Shown: one piece after another, positions 41,601-56,642 of the stretch
Layout of the letters: each line of letters begins with the position of its first letter
Position numbering within the stretch: position 1 is the first letter of the stretch
From: Malacoraja senta
Lineage: Eukaryota
DNA length: 64,000 nt
Assembly: GCA_038087875.1 (NCBI GenBank)
Contig: CM075989.1
Span: forward strand, 17,424,001 to 17,488,000
Reading direction: 5' to 3'
Made by a program: the position numbers and the translations under genes
Notes under the pieces: generated by a model
Databases searched by the model: none
What the model saw: the letters and a program-made list of their open reading frames with translations, nothing else
Told to the model about the DNA's origin: nothing

Positions 41601-44600
41601 ATTGCCCTCTCTCATCCTTCCGCCAGTTGTCTCCGTTATCCCCGCCAAAGGAAATCGGTAATTCCTATTGAACTTCTCAAGACCTACCCCTCAGTTAAAT
41701 ATCCTCGATTTCCCTTGGAACAAAATAATCAAGGACTGGGCAATCTCGCATAAATGTAGATATCCATACCTACTCCCATTGTGGTCAAAAGCCATTGGCC
41801 CTTCCACTTCTTTACTATAGGCTATGAAGGTTGGGTTTAGATATTTTAGTAATGAACCTCTGTTTCTCATTCCACAGATTCTGCCTGAGTGTTTCCAGCA
41901 ATTTTTTCCATCCACATTTGTTATTGAAATAGTTTGGACTGCAGCAGGCAGTGGCTGTTGCAATAGAGAATTCACCGTCTTTTGTGTAACTTCTGCAATT
42001 GTGAACCAAAGTACAGTAGACAGGGTTGAAAGGACACCATTGTTGCCATTTCTATTCCTGCACGTTTATGGATAAAGTCTCTTCATCCAAGTATTAATCA
42101 TAAGCAGATCGGTTGTACTGATGTACAGTATAATTTGACTGGATAGCATGGAGAATCTGGGTGGTGAATCTGTTGCCACAGAAGGCTGTGGAGGCCAAGG
42201 CAATGGATATTTTGAAGGTGGAGATTGATAGGTTCTTGATTAGTATGGGAGTCAGAGGTTATGGGGAGAAGGCAGGAGAATGGGGTTGAGAGGGAAAGAT
42301 GGGCCAGCCATGATTGAATAACGGAGACTTGATAGGTCGCATGGTGTAATTTTGTATCTATAACTTATGAACTTATTAGAACAAGTATTTAATCGTACCT
42401 CTGTACACATAACAATAAAGAAATGAACCTAAACTAAGGCTAGATTGTCATAAGCATGGTAGTCATAAATGTTTCCGTCTGCTTGCTGTGCGGAGTTCAC
42501 TAAACAGCACAAGAGCCTCGGGTGCCTGGGTGCGATCAAAAACCCTTGAACAACATTCCTGTTTCCTGAACACATCTTTTTCTTTCCAATCTCTCACAGG
42601 AGGTGTTGTATTTGCTCAAACTCTTCTTCCTTGTGTCCTGCAGTTAAATATTTACTGCTATCAGTTGACTGAGTTTAAACAAAATATTGGACCTTTTCAG
42701 CTGTTAAAGTATATTTTTGTATTGGCCAACCTTTCAGTGTTGTCTTACTTGGGGATGAAGCATCAATTTACAAAGTGCATTATATGGAATGCTATTGTGT
42801 TTGTTGCAGTTGTGATACTGTAACAGTGATTTGGTTGGACTTCACCGGCAAAATATGTTGTCTTCTTTTCTGTGCATAGATCTGCTCCAATCCAGGTACA
42901 ACTTGTGGTAGAAATATCTCCAATTCTCCATGGAAACCAGGAATGCTGAACACTCCAGGTACTGGAAACCAAAAATCACTTAACAGACTCCGAGTTGGCA
43001 GAGGACGTGGAAAGAGTAGAGGTAAGATGGTGATGGAGATTGTTGTTCAATGATACAGCAAGTTAGTGGAGAAAGGTTAAAGATAGGACATGCATGTTTG
43101 GGCAAGGTTTCCTTCACTATTAGGCCCACAGGAAGACTTGATTAAACATAGCATCAAATTTTTAAAATAATTTTCACATGATTGATTTTGAATTCTATTT
43201 AGTCGTCAGACTCAATGGGTAACTCCTTGAGAGCTTTGAATCAGAATGCAACAGATAGTAAAGAAACAAAGAACTGCAGATGCTGAAATCTTGAGTGAAA
43301 TACAAAGTGCTGGAGTAACTCAGAGACACAGACAGCATCAGTGGAGGAAATGGATAGGCAACGTTTCAGGCTATAAAATAAGGAATGTGAAATGCAGTGT
43401 TCTATAAAACTCACCAATGACTTGCATTACCAGCAGGCAAAGAAATGGATTTAAGCAGATGCGGAACAGCAAGGAATGCCGAAGTTTAGTTCAGTTTAGA
43501 GATGCAGCGTGGAAACAGGCCCTTCAGCCCACCGAGTCCACACTGACCACCAATCGCCAATCACTAGTTCCCTAGTACTAGATCCCTCTGCTCAACAACA
43601 TTCCCCAGGGCCCTCCCCTTCACTGTGAAGGTCCTGCCCAGTTTGACTTTGCAATAAATACCAGTAGCCATTCCTCAGCCACTTTACCCAACTGATCAAG
43701 AGCCTGCTGTAATTTTTGATAACCATCTTCACTATCTGTGATACCATCCACTTTCGTGTCATCTGCAAACTTACTAATCATGCCTTGTACATTCTCATCC
43801 AAATCGTCAATACAAATCACAAACAACAATGGGCCCAGCACCAATCCCTGAGGCACACCATTAGTCACAGGCTGTCATCCGAAAAACAGCCTTCCACCAC
43901 CAACTGCTTCCTGCCATGAAGCCAATTCTGTATCAAGGCAGCTATCTCTCCCTGGATCACATGCGATCTAACCTTCCAGAGCAGCCTACCATGTGGAACC
44001 TTATCAAAAGCCTTGCTGAAGTCTATGTAGACAACTTCTATGACCTTGCCCTCATTAATCTCTTTGGTTACCTCTTCAAAAAAACTCAAATCCATAAGAG
44101 AGAATCTCCCACATAAAACAAAACGACTATCTCTATTCAGCCCCTGAGTGACAAAAAGTCTATATATGTTATCCTTCAGAATTCTCTCCAGTAAGTTGCC
44201 TACCACTGATGTTAGACTCACTGGTCTGGAGTACGCAGGCTTTTCCTTGCAGCCCTTCTTAAATAGATGCACAGCATCAGCAACCCATTAGTCATCGGAA
44301 CCTCTCCTGTCTCTAACGATGATTCATATCTCAGCCTGGGCTCCCACAATTTCTTCACTAGCTCCCACAGTGTCCTTGGATATACAATCATAAGAGATAG
44401 GAGCAGAATTAGGCCATTTGGCCCATCAACTCTACTCCGCCATTCAATCATGGCTGATCAACCTCTGACACCCGTATTAATCAAGAATCTATCAATTTCT
44501 GCCTTAAATATATCCACTCACATTCTGGAAAAGAGCGGTGGGTTGGGGCAAAGCCTGGCACGTAATAGGTGGATACGTGTGGGGAAGGGTGATTGGTGGA

Positions 44601-47600
44601 TGGATGGAGGTAGACAAACCTTCATCTGCCTCTCTTTGCCTGATATCTTTCCCCATTCCATCAGTCTGAAGAAGGGTTCCAACCCAAAAGGTCATCTTCC
44701 ATTTACCTCCACAGGTGCTGCCTGACCCGCTAAGTTCCCCCAGCACTTTGCTTGCATCATTTAATTACCAGCTATCATATCAATGGAATGTTTCTTCACA
44801 GGTGTTCTGCATAAACTTTAGAAAACTTGAGTTAAATCTCAGTATCCATAATTTCTCTGACATTCGTCTTCTATGCCTAGGTGTCTGGCTGAATTCTGAG
44901 GCTTCAGTTCTGAAGAGCTCCAAATATTCCCACCACCCATCTCACACTACATCACCTCTCCCAAAGAATAAGGTCTGGCAGCTTCCTGTAAATATCAGTG
45001 TGGTTTAATTAGCTTAAAAATAGTTCTTTTCTAAACGTACTCTGCATAATCACAATTTAATTGCATGAAATTTGCATATGCCATGTCTTAATAGAATATT
45101 AATTCAGCTAATTGTATTTTAATCTTTTTTTATTAAAGATATGTTGTTTTTTAAATGTCCCTGATGGTTATGTGAATAGGGAGTAAATTGCTTGCGGACA
45201 AAGGAACATCCGGAAAATGGGATGCGTTTATAAACATGATGACAAGAGATGAGAGCCTGCATCTTCCTGTTGAAATGAAGGGCAAGACTGGTGGGAGTAA
45301 GATGGCCTGGATGATGAGAACAAGTGAGGCTCTGGTCAGGAGAATGTAGGAGGAATGGGGTCAGATACAGGCAGGTGGGATCATGTGTATCCCTGGAAGA
45401 GCTTTGGGACTGAGGAGAATAATTATGCCTGAAATCAAAGAGGCAAAAAGGGAGTAGGAGGTAGCTCTGGCTGATAACATCAAGAAAAATCCAGAGGTTT
45501 TGTATACATTCAGGAAAAGAGTGTAACTAGAAAGAATAGGACCCTTCAGAAACCAAAGCGGTCCTCTCTTGCAGCTCCATATGGAGATGGGCAAGGTCCT
45601 CAACTAGTATTTCTCCTCGGTTTTTAGAGAAGGACATAAAGGCAGGGGAACTTGGGACACAAGCCAATCATGACGTATCAGACCAGAGTTCAACCCATGC
45701 CTGGGTTAGGATGGGTGGTGACCTACAGTGGATGGCATCAGTTCACTGGTTGTGTTTTGATAGTAATCTATTGGCTATATTGGAACACGGGAGGCTTCGG
45801 GGTGACCTTTTAGAGGTTAATAAAATGATGAGAGGCGTAGATAGGATAGAGAGAATCTGTCTGTTCTATCTAGAGATCAAAATCTTTTTCTCAGAGCAGG
45901 CTAGAACTCATTGGCATGCGTTAAAGGTGAGAGGGGAGAAATTGAAAGGAGATCGTAGGGATAAGCTTTCACACAGAGGGTTGTGTTAACCGGAACAAGC
46001 TGCCAGTGAAGGTGCAAGGGGCAGACACAATTACAATGTTTAAAAGGCAACTACTGTTATTGAATCAAACGGCATGGAAACTGGCCCATCAGCCCAATTC
46101 ATCTATGCCAACTAGTACCAGTTAAGTGCATTTGGCCCATATTCCTTTAAACATTTCCTATTCATGTACCTGTCCAGGTGTCTTCGAAATATTGTTATTA
46201 AATCTGCCTCAACTACCTCTTCTGACAGCTCATTCCATATACCCACCACCATCAGTGTGAAAAAGCTTCCCCCTCTGTATAAAATTAGGTTTTAACATAT
46301 CAGCTTCAACAATAGTTTCAAGACTTCAACAAAGGGTGGATGAGCAATAAAACCCTGCTTCTGTTCACCAGGGTACCAACTTCACTGGAGAGGTGAAGAG
46401 AAAACAGACAGCTGATGAGATAATTCAGTCTCAAGAGAAAAACTGCACCAGTCTGTACCTCCTGGAGGAGCAGCAACGATTGACACTGGTAAGATAGCTT
46501 GTTTCTGTTGAAGGGTTTGACCCCATTAATGTTGGGAACATGTGCGGATCTTCAGGTGATGCAGTGAAACTGGCCTGGAACTACCATTGAAATGTAATGC
46601 AGTGTCCTTCAGATAGCCGAACTGCTTCAAGCTGTAACTAACCTATGGCTCCACACACACACATACACACATCTCCACAGTTGTCTTTAAGTTAGGTTCA
46701 ATAATATTGACCAAAACTGATTCATGGTATGTTCCAAATTTGTCATTATTGTTGGACAAACAGCAATGGGCCCAGCACCGATCTCTGAGGCACACCACTA
46801 GTCACAGGCCTGCAGTCCAAAAAAACAACCCTCCACCATTGCCCTTTGCATCCTTCCTTGAAGCCAATTCTCTATTCCATCAGTTACCTCTCCCCGGATC
46901 CCATGCGACTAACCTTCCAAAGCAGCCTACCACGCAGAACCTTATCAAATGCCTTGTTGAAATCCACATAGACAATGTCTACAGCTTTGTCCTCGTCAAT
47001 CTTTGCAGTTATTTCTTCAAAATACTCAATCAGATTGATAAAACACAATCTCCCATGTATAAAATTGTGCAGACTATCACTTCTCCACCACTGTCTATCC
47101 AAATCTTTAGAATCCTCACCAGAAACTTGCCTACCACCGATGTTAGGCTCACTGGTCTATAGGTCCCAGGCTTTTGTTTACAGCCCTTTTCAAAGGTGTT
47201 TTACTGAGAACCACAACAGTTGTAGTCTCTGGGGTTTCAATAACAAGGACCAAATGATTTATTTTTGATGATTGTGTTTCACTGTAATGACCCTACAAAC
47301 CTTGGATTCTCTGGTAACCCAGGACTTTTGCTGCACTGGAAGTAAGGCCTGGATTATATGCTCAAGTGCAGGACTGTGGCTTGAATCAATATTCTTCAGT
47401 GGCATGTAAATGTTTATCAATTAGTTCAAACTGGTGCCTTGAGATGGAAAGTTGCTGCTCCAGATTGGCTGATGTTCAGGCTGCAATAATGATGTCCCCT
47501 GAAACAGATACAGACGATTTGGAAAATAAAAATTATCCTTCTGCTCTCAAAGCAATGAAACGCACACGTGAGAGGCAGGCTTGAAACATTTATGTGCCCA

Positions 47601-50600
47601 CAGGAGAAGCAAGTAGATTTATAAAATATAAAATATCCCTTTGCTGCAGGAAACTGTAGGAAACAATGAATTTACCTTTTACGCTCCACTGTGGATCACC
47701 CATAGAACATCGATTGCTCAACTCAAAGCCCAAAGATTGCTCAAAAAATTCATTATAAATATTTTAGATAGCATGCATCTCTTTGGGCTAGTGGGTATTC
47801 TTTCTTGCGTGTGCCAAATCTTCTAATTTACTCCAACTTTTTTTTTTGCATTCTGTCCAGGAAATGGTTTAGAACCTGTCAGTATCCTATCTTCCTTGCA
47901 CTTCCAATTTTAATTTAAAATTATAAAATGCTTCTGGTACAATATCAACAGTCTTGGTAGTTGCCAAATGAAGGCACTGCAGCATAAAGTATATAAATGG
48001 GACATCAATAAAAATCAAAGGTAGACAAAAATGCTGGAGGAACTCAGCGGGTGAACCAGCATCTATGGAGAGAAGGAATAGGCGACGTTTCGGGTCGAGA
48101 CCCTTCTTCAGACAAAATAGCCAAAACCAAATTAATTAAGATATCTACTGCCTACTGTTTTAATAAAAAAATATTAAAGCATTTAAATCCTTCTGTGAAC
48201 ATGGACAGGAGATTTGGCCCAGAAAATTCAACTGTGATTCACTTGCTATTGCAAACACCAATTAACAACTTAATAAGAATTGTTCATTTGAAGCTTTTCC
48301 AGTATTTACAATATTTACAATTAAGGAGCATTAAAACAATGAAAAAAGCTTGGCACTCTTCAAAATACTTTTGATGCAATATTGAATGCCAAGGCTGTAT
48401 TCCACACAGGTGACCAAGGTGTCAAAGTGCATTTAATGGTCCAAATACAAGTTTAAAAAAAATATTAGGTGTAGAACTGAGGTGTCTTGTATCTAGTGCT
48501 CGGATAATATATTTGCCAGCACTGTCTTGAAATAAACACTTATTTGTTGTCATTGAAGGTTGAGAAGGTTGTGGATGGGGTTTAATAGAAGGTTACATAA
48601 AATTGGAGAAATCAATGTTCATACCGTTGGGTTGTAAGCTACCCCAATTTTTATGATGGTGTTCTCTCACTGTAGAGTGGTGAATTTCCTCACTGTAGAG
48701 ATGGGTCTTTGTTTCCATACCAACAGTATGGTCAACCTTGCCAATTGTCCAAACAACGTCCCAGAAAACATGAGAAAATTCTCAGAAAGTTGATTGTGGA
48801 AGAAAATGCCTTTTAGGGTTCACAATGTTAATACGTTCGCACAGACATAGCTCCTGTCCTAATGTAGATAAACACAAAATGCTGGAGTAACTTAGCGGGA
48901 CAGGCAACATGTCTGGATAGAATGAATGGGTGACATTTCAGGTCACCCATTTCTTCTACCCATAGATGCTGCTTGTCCCGCTGAGTTACTCTAGCATTTT
49001 AAGTCTATCTTCAGTATAAACCAGCATCTGCAGTGCCAACTATGATACTAATCCCATCTGCCTGTTTATGGTCCTTATCCCTCTATTCCATGCCTGTTCT
49101 TATGTCTAAATGCCTCTTTAACATTGCTATTAAAATGGCTTCTACCATCCCCCCTGGCAACGCATTCCAGGCACCTCAGAAACCTCCTTTAAACTTTCCT
49201 CTTCTCAGCTTAAATCCATGCCTTCTAGTATATGATGTTTCCACTCTAATAAAAAGACTCTATTTATGCCTCTCAATTTTATAAACTTCTATCAGCCTCC
49301 AACTCTACGGAGAAAACAATCCAAATGTGATCAATCTCTGTGTGCAGCTAATACTCTCCACTAAGCAACAGAGAACTGTGGCAGAATTGTAGTGATTGCC
49401 CTTATCAATGGCATCGTGTAACCGGACACTCAACTGGAAGTGATTTACTTTCCCTGTAATGTGAAACACCTGGGTGCCCTGCCCCCGAGTCTCCCCATCG
49501 TGTCGTGGGGGACGTCATCAGTGCAACATCTGGGTAATTTCAGGCACAACCCCTTGCTCCGGTTACCGTGAGTCTGAATGTCCCATGGTGTCACCCACTC
49601 TGGAAGCACCTTTTGATCCGGCGTGGGGACAGAAGTCAGACACGACAAGAGCCCATGCTGGAAATGGTGTGTGCATCCGATCATATCGCTGGGCTCCGTC
49701 TGCACTTAAATTAGGAACATACAACATTCTTAGTGCCCTGTGTGCCTCTGAACCGTCCTCCCAACTCTTTATAGGCACTTGGGGGAAGATTCCTTCTCTG
49801 AGCCGCGTGTAGCAAATTCATAAACCCCTCGTTTATAGACGCAGAAGAGATCCTACTTTTTCCCATCTCCCAGAAAAGATGTTAAGAAATGATAGTTTAT
49901 GGAGATGGGCTTGCGCTGGCTGCAATTATACTGAGATATGCCTCCCAGCCACGCATTCACTCTCTAAATCAAAATCTTACACCGGTCCGGTCACAGTTAA
50001 ATTACACGTTTTACAGTGCAGTGAGGTTGAAATCATATAACTGCATCATGAGGCCCCAGCGGCTGGCTAATGAGATCTTAACAGGCAACAAGAAAGCCCG
50101 AAGAAAATTGGAGATTAAAATTTTCTCACCAAATTAGCATCACATAAATATTTACGGGCAGATCTAAGTGTGTATTAATGATTAGTGAAAACATTTCAAA
50201 TTAATTATGGCAAGCAGTTGAGAGTTTAAAATAAATTCTTTTAGGAGTGGAAAAGACAAAAACCTTCTGCACAAATGAGATCATTAGTGGGGGAAGATGT
50301 CAGATTCACAGGGGGCCACAGTGGGCTTTGATTCAGAACTTGATGTCAGGGTCACTGCACCCTGGGTAGGGGTCACTGAGCACGGCTATCATTACTGATT
50401 GGCTGTATTCTGATGACACTCCTGAGCAATGCTGAAGAAAGACCAAAAGGAGTTAAAGTGATCCAGGGAGGCAGGGAACAATACAGCGGCAGCTTTCTTT
50501 TACAGCTGCCCGGGCTTCCGTTAGAGAAAGGAGTCCAGGGAGAAAAAGGAGACAGGAGTTAGAATGAAAATAGGCCTCAAACAAAGGCTTGACTAATATG

Positions 50601-53600
50601 CCAACAATGAAAGGGAGTTTTTCAATCTCCTTTTTTGATTCTTTTGTGGAAAATACTATGAGACAAAGCAGCAATCCAAGCCGTTACCACTGGGAGTGAG
50701 AGAGTGCCATCGCTTATGACATTCTCTCATTTTCTTAGATCCTAATCGTGACGGTGTCCATTTAACGCAGATTTTTCAAGCTTGCTGTGTGCTTGTTTAG
50801 CTCTCTCGTGGTTTGTAATGATAAAGGTGTTAGCTGGCACCAGGCCTGGCTGCATATTATCACGTTGTGTGTGATCCCGCTGCCAGTGTCACACTTCAAA
50901 CCACAAGGGGCACTTCTGCAGCACCAGACTGACAGAAGACATGTTCCTGTGTTGTACTGTTCTATATAAAGCAGGGCAGAATCGCCCAGATTCAATTCTT
51001 GAATTGTTAGATGTAATTTTCATCAGGATTTTGGCATGAGAATTATGCTCGCTTTGACTGGACAAAACACGGCAATTAGACTTTTGGAGTCGTACAACAC
51101 GGAAATTAGCCTCTCGGCCCAATGGGTCTCTCCTGATCGTTCAGTATTGATTCCATTTACCAGCATTTGATGTGTAAGCATTTGTTGTGGGCTCCGTCAC
51201 TAGTGAATGCTGGGGATGGCTGAAGCCCCATGGAGTACATAGTTGACGACGGTCACGGTTTAGGGCTGTCACGGAGAGGCGTAGAGGTAGCTTTGCTGCC
51301 TTACAGCTAATCCAGCGCCGGAGACCCAGGTTCGATCCTGACTACGGGTGCTGTCTGTACGGAGTTTGTACGTTCTCCCCATGACCTGCGTGGGGTTTCT
51401 CCGAGATCTTCGATTTCCTCCTACACTCTAAAGATGTACAGGTTTGTAGGTTAATTTTCTTGGTAAATGTAAAAATTGTCCCTAGTGGGTGTAGGATAGT
51501 ATTAATGTGCGGGGATCGCTGGTCGGCACGGACCCAGTGGGCCGAAGGGCCTGTTTCTGCGCAGTATCTCTAAACTAAACTAAGACCTTGACTTTAGGCC
51601 TTAGAGACACAGCGCGAAAACAGGCCCTTCGGCGATCGGCAATCACCCCATTCACTAACATTATCCCACACACTAGGGACAATTTACAATTTTCACCAAA
51701 GCCAATTAAACTACAAATCTGTACGTCTTTGGACTGTGGGAGGAAACCGGAGCACCCGGAGAAAACCCACGCGGTCACAAACTCTGTACAGGCAGCACCC
51801 ATAGTCATAAGGTCATAAGTGACAGGAGCAGAATTGAGCCATTTGGTCCATCATGTCTACTCCGCCATTCAATCATAGCTGATCTATCTCTCGCTCCTAA
51901 CCCCATTCTCCTGCCTTCTCCCCATAACCCCTGATGCCCATCGTCAGGATTGAACCCAGGTCTCTGGTTCTGTAAGGCAGCAGCTCTACCACTAGCCACT
52001 GTGCTGACTTAGTTATGAAGAATGATCATTATTGCTAACTCTCATGGGGAGTACAATTGGAAGGACGCTGCATTCAAACAGCTTTGCAGCTGTATCAGTA
52101 TTACTGGATCATTGGTTCCTTCTGTATATTAGCTCCAGCTGAGGATCCAGTTTTACTTAATATGTTTTTGTGAAATTTGGATCCTGTACTAGCTGTGCAG
52201 CATGGGGTGAGAGTCTGTTACTCAAACATCTGTACTGTTCCATAGGAGCGGGAAGCCAGACTTCAGATGGAGATAAATAAACTGCACAAGGAGCTGAGCG
52301 AACAGAAGCAGCTCCTGAAGGAGAACCACGACGTCATGCGGCAGTTACAGGAGCAGCTTCTGAAGGTCTGAAGACTCTCCCCATCCCATTCCCACACCCC
52401 CCAGCCCCCACCCCCCACCACCACAGCCCAACCCAAGCCAAGCATCACGTCACCCCCTACCTCCCCCCACTCCCGCCTCCCCCACAACAAATCACCCCAC
52501 CTACCATCCCTCCTCCCCACCGCCAACCCTAACATCACATCAACTAACCCGCCCTATTTCCCCAATCCTGCCCCCACCACAACACCGCTCATTTACCAAC
52601 ACCACCCTATTGCCCCTACCCCCGACTCCTGCATCACGCTAGCCTATCCACCCCTTTGGTTAACCCACCCCTACCTCCCCCAACCCAAACCCACATCCCT
52701 CCCCCACCTCCCCAAACCCCAGCATCACGTCTACTAACCCGTCCCTACACCCCCCAACCCTCCCCGCATGTCCTATGATCGGTGTGCTCTGGCGACAATG
52801 GTGTGGATGCAGTGTAGCACCACTACTAATATGTTTCAGTGATTTGATGAAGGGACCATGTGTAAGATACACAAATTTGCTACTGATTCAAAGCTGGGTG
52901 GCAGAGTGGGATGTGTGAAGACATAAGGAACTGCAGATGCTGGTCTACCACAGAAGACACAGAGTGCTGAGGTAACACAGCGGGTCAAGCAGCATCTTGG
53001 AGAACATGGATAGGTGGCTTTTTGGGTCGGGTTCCTACTTCAGATTGATTGTAGTTGTGGGGAGAAAGCTGGAAGAGAGGTGGGGGCAGGACAAAGCCTG
53101 GCAAGTGATAGAGGGATAGGCTGTGTGAAGAATGCGCAAGGCTCAGTGAGGAAGGACAGCCAGTTGATTGAATAAGTACATCCATTGGGTGTATTAAGGT
53201 GAGGAGTATTTAAGGTGACAAAATTAAGGTGAAGAGTATTTCTTAAATGGTGACATGTTAATGATGCTAATGTTTGGACATTCCTGAATATCCTTGCAGA
53301 TTAATTGCTGAAAATTAACAAGCAGATACAGAGCTATTTAGAAGGCAAATTGTATATTGACCTTAATTGGAGAAAAATTTGAGTATCAGAGTGGAATCAT
53401 CTTTCTCTAGTTATAAAAGGCCCTGGTGAAACTTTTCTCATTATTTATTGAAGGATATACTTACAATAAACAAACTGCAGTGAAGGTTAACCAGATTGAT
53501 TCTTGAATCAGGTGTGTCTCCTAATGAAAAAAATGAAGCTATACTCTCTTGAGTTTAGAAGAATGAGAGATAATCATATTGAAACGTATACAATTCTTAC

Positions 53601-56600
53601 GGGGCCTCACAAGGTGGATGCTGATCTGATATTGCCGTTGACTGGAGAGTCCATGACCAGAGATCACAGTTTCATAATAAGGGATTAACCAATTCAGTAC
53701 TGAAGTGGGAAGAAACGTCATCACCCAGAGCCTGGTGAAACTCTCACTCACGATCACTGTGAAGGCTCAATTGATGACTACCATCAAGCCAGAGGAGTGG
53801 TCTACTATGCTGCTAAGCAGGATGATCACTTTGAGTGCATCAGGCATTCTGGACCCGTTGTAGGCTGGAAACTCATACCTTGCACATTGAACAGTACACA
53901 CAGGCTTGAGCATGTAAATTCAATCCACATTGTTAGGGTGGTTTTAATGTTGCTTTCTGGATGTTTTCATGCAGCATCCATAGGTGTGTGACAACATCAC
54001 AGTCTCAGGTATTATGTTGTTGGATTCATTTTAATGGAAGAATCACAGAAATTAACAGATGGAGGCCATTCTGCCCATTGTGCTGATGCATGTCAAAACC
54101 TGCTCATGTTAATCCCACCTCCAGCCCACAGTCTTGAAGACATTTCCAGTGCTCTCCCAGGTACTTCTCCAGAACAATGAAGATTTGATTTCCACCTCCA
54201 TTGCTCTTCATGTCAAAACCACCACCACCCTTGAGGTGGAAACAAAACATTCCACACCCCTCTGATCCTTTCCTCAATTACTTTAAAGTGACAAGATTTT
54301 GCCTTTTAGATAATCCCATCTATCCTTTGATTTTTGCCTCTCAGAACAGGACCATAACCTCCTGTAACAGAGCGGTTTCTGTTCAATTTAGTTTAGATTA
54401 GAGCACAGAAACAGGCCCTTCGGCCCACTGAGCCCACGCCGACCAGTGATCCCCACATACTAACACTATCCTACACACGCACTAGGGCCAATGTACAATG
54501 TTACCAAAGTAAATTAACCTACAAACCTGTCCATCTTTGGAGTGTGGGAGGAAGCCCTGCAGGTCACGGGGAGAACGTACAAACTCCGTACAGACAGCAC
54601 CCCTGCTCGGGATTGAACCGGGGTCTCAAGCACTATAAGGCAGCAACTCTACTGCTGCTCCACCTTGCTGCCCTTCTGTTCCGCCGTGCCACCCATGGAT
54701 GTGGTTGGTTTTGTCTCTGTCCACAGCAGGTTGTGAGAGAACAGCAGGCTTTGAAATACATTGATTGGAGATGAAGGGGTTAGTGCTGCTGATATTGAAG
54801 CACATCTGCTAACATCATTCTTCAGTACCTCCGGCCAATGGCCCCAAAGCCTACTTTGTTTTAGCGCAAAATCTTCTGCTTGACACATCTGCAACTGATT
54901 TGAATGAAATGCTTTCAGGAAGCATCTTTCAGACAAGAGACCCTAAATTGTTGAATAATTATTGTTTAATCAGAAAGGATCCTCTACCTTTTTCACATTC
55001 TTCAGCCTTTTAAAATAATTAAATGGCATTTATTTCTGGTCCCTACGAGTGCCCTGTGCAATATACCTGCACAGAGCTGTGTAGCACTGGTATGACCAAG
55101 AGGCTATCTGCATACACAGAACACAAAAGAGTCACCACAAGGCACCGACAAAGTTATAAAAGTACCTTTAAATATACTTGGTCCTTTCTTTGCCCCCCTA
55201 CTAATAAAAGAGTAGACACTACTCTTGTGTCTTTAACCAGCTACCTATATATCTTGCCACACTGTTTATGATCCCAATGGTAGTTGGGTCGGATGGATAC
55301 TGGTGTGGTTTGGGGAGGGATCTATTCTTGACCATGCTGCCCAAAGATCCTATAGCGGAGCAAGATAGACCACTCCTGCTAAATGCAATGGGCTGACGTG
55401 TAGTACGCAACGGAACAGAACGTGGGCCTTTTTTTCATTCTTTTCCGTAACCGGACCCGACCCGACTCGCAGTGTAATCAACGTTGCGGGGGAACAGTTT
55501 GTGTTAATAAATTAAAATTCTGAAAATGAGGAGAAGATTTTTACCAAATAACTTTTATTTTTACGAGGATGTTTCCGTAACCGGCTTCTGTCTCCGCACT
55601 ATTATCCGATGGGATCTTTGGTGCGGAGACGGAAGCCGGTTACGGAAATGGGGCCTTAAATTACCCATGTATCTGCCCATGACCGTACTATGTCTTTTTC
55701 GTCAAGTGGACTATCTTGCTCGCTATAGGATCTTTGATGCTGCTGGTCAGATCCACATTTGTTGATATGGATGAATGGGTGCACAGAGGTGAGTGCAATC
55801 ACTGAACAATACACACTACTGTCTAGTGCTGGCCAATAAAGGCACATGTCATCTCCACCAACACCCTCCCTGTGCTTGGTTTTAAAAATGAACCTCTTGT
55901 GTGTCACCAATTACCCTTTGCCAATCCACTCTGTGAATTTCCAAAAGGGACTCTGGTAGGTTTTTCAGACGCACCTGGTTTTTGCAAATATTGGCGAATT
56001 TCCAAAAAAGAACTATAGAAAGTTTACCAGGTGTGTCTGTACTTTTGCAAATATTGGTGTCATTATCTATGTTACCTCTTTCTGGGTGAGCTACTAGCCT
56101 TGTCCTTGTTACACCCTCTGGTACCCACCACCGTTGAAGTAAGACAGCTCGTGCAGATATGCGGTGCGGGCATGGGATATGTCTGAAATGGAAGGGGAGC
56201 TGTTTGATGTTATGGCTGTTGGCTCCAAGTATGGTCATAATGTGCTCTCTGTCTGCATGCATGGCTTTGCATTAATCATTGTAGCAGCATGTGCCACTGT
56301 GTGAAAATGCATTGAGTGAGTGCGCTAATGACCCGGCAGACTTCAGCCGTAATGGAAAATAAGCAGTATCTGCTGATTTATACCTGCGATGTTATTCTGA
56401 TATATGGATTGGTTCTGGCACTGTTTAGCTGCATACGGAATTCATGGGTGGATGACCTGTTTTGGCCCTTGCACTGGATTGGATAAAATCACCCCACCCA
56501 TCCCAACGTTCAGCCATCCAGCTTCCAAGATGATGAATCGTGCAGTTGGTTTTGTTTAACTCACTGTTCCTTTTTTCCTCTCCCTCCCTCCCCCCCTCCC

Positions 56601-56601
56601 T

Positions 56602-56642
<41 letters not shown>

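Noticed and set aside
49445..49812. GC-richer patch with overlapping ORFs (LKLGTYNI resembles a LINE endonuclease start)
   Set aside because: No further endonuclease motifs and no splice or phase fit with the gene.
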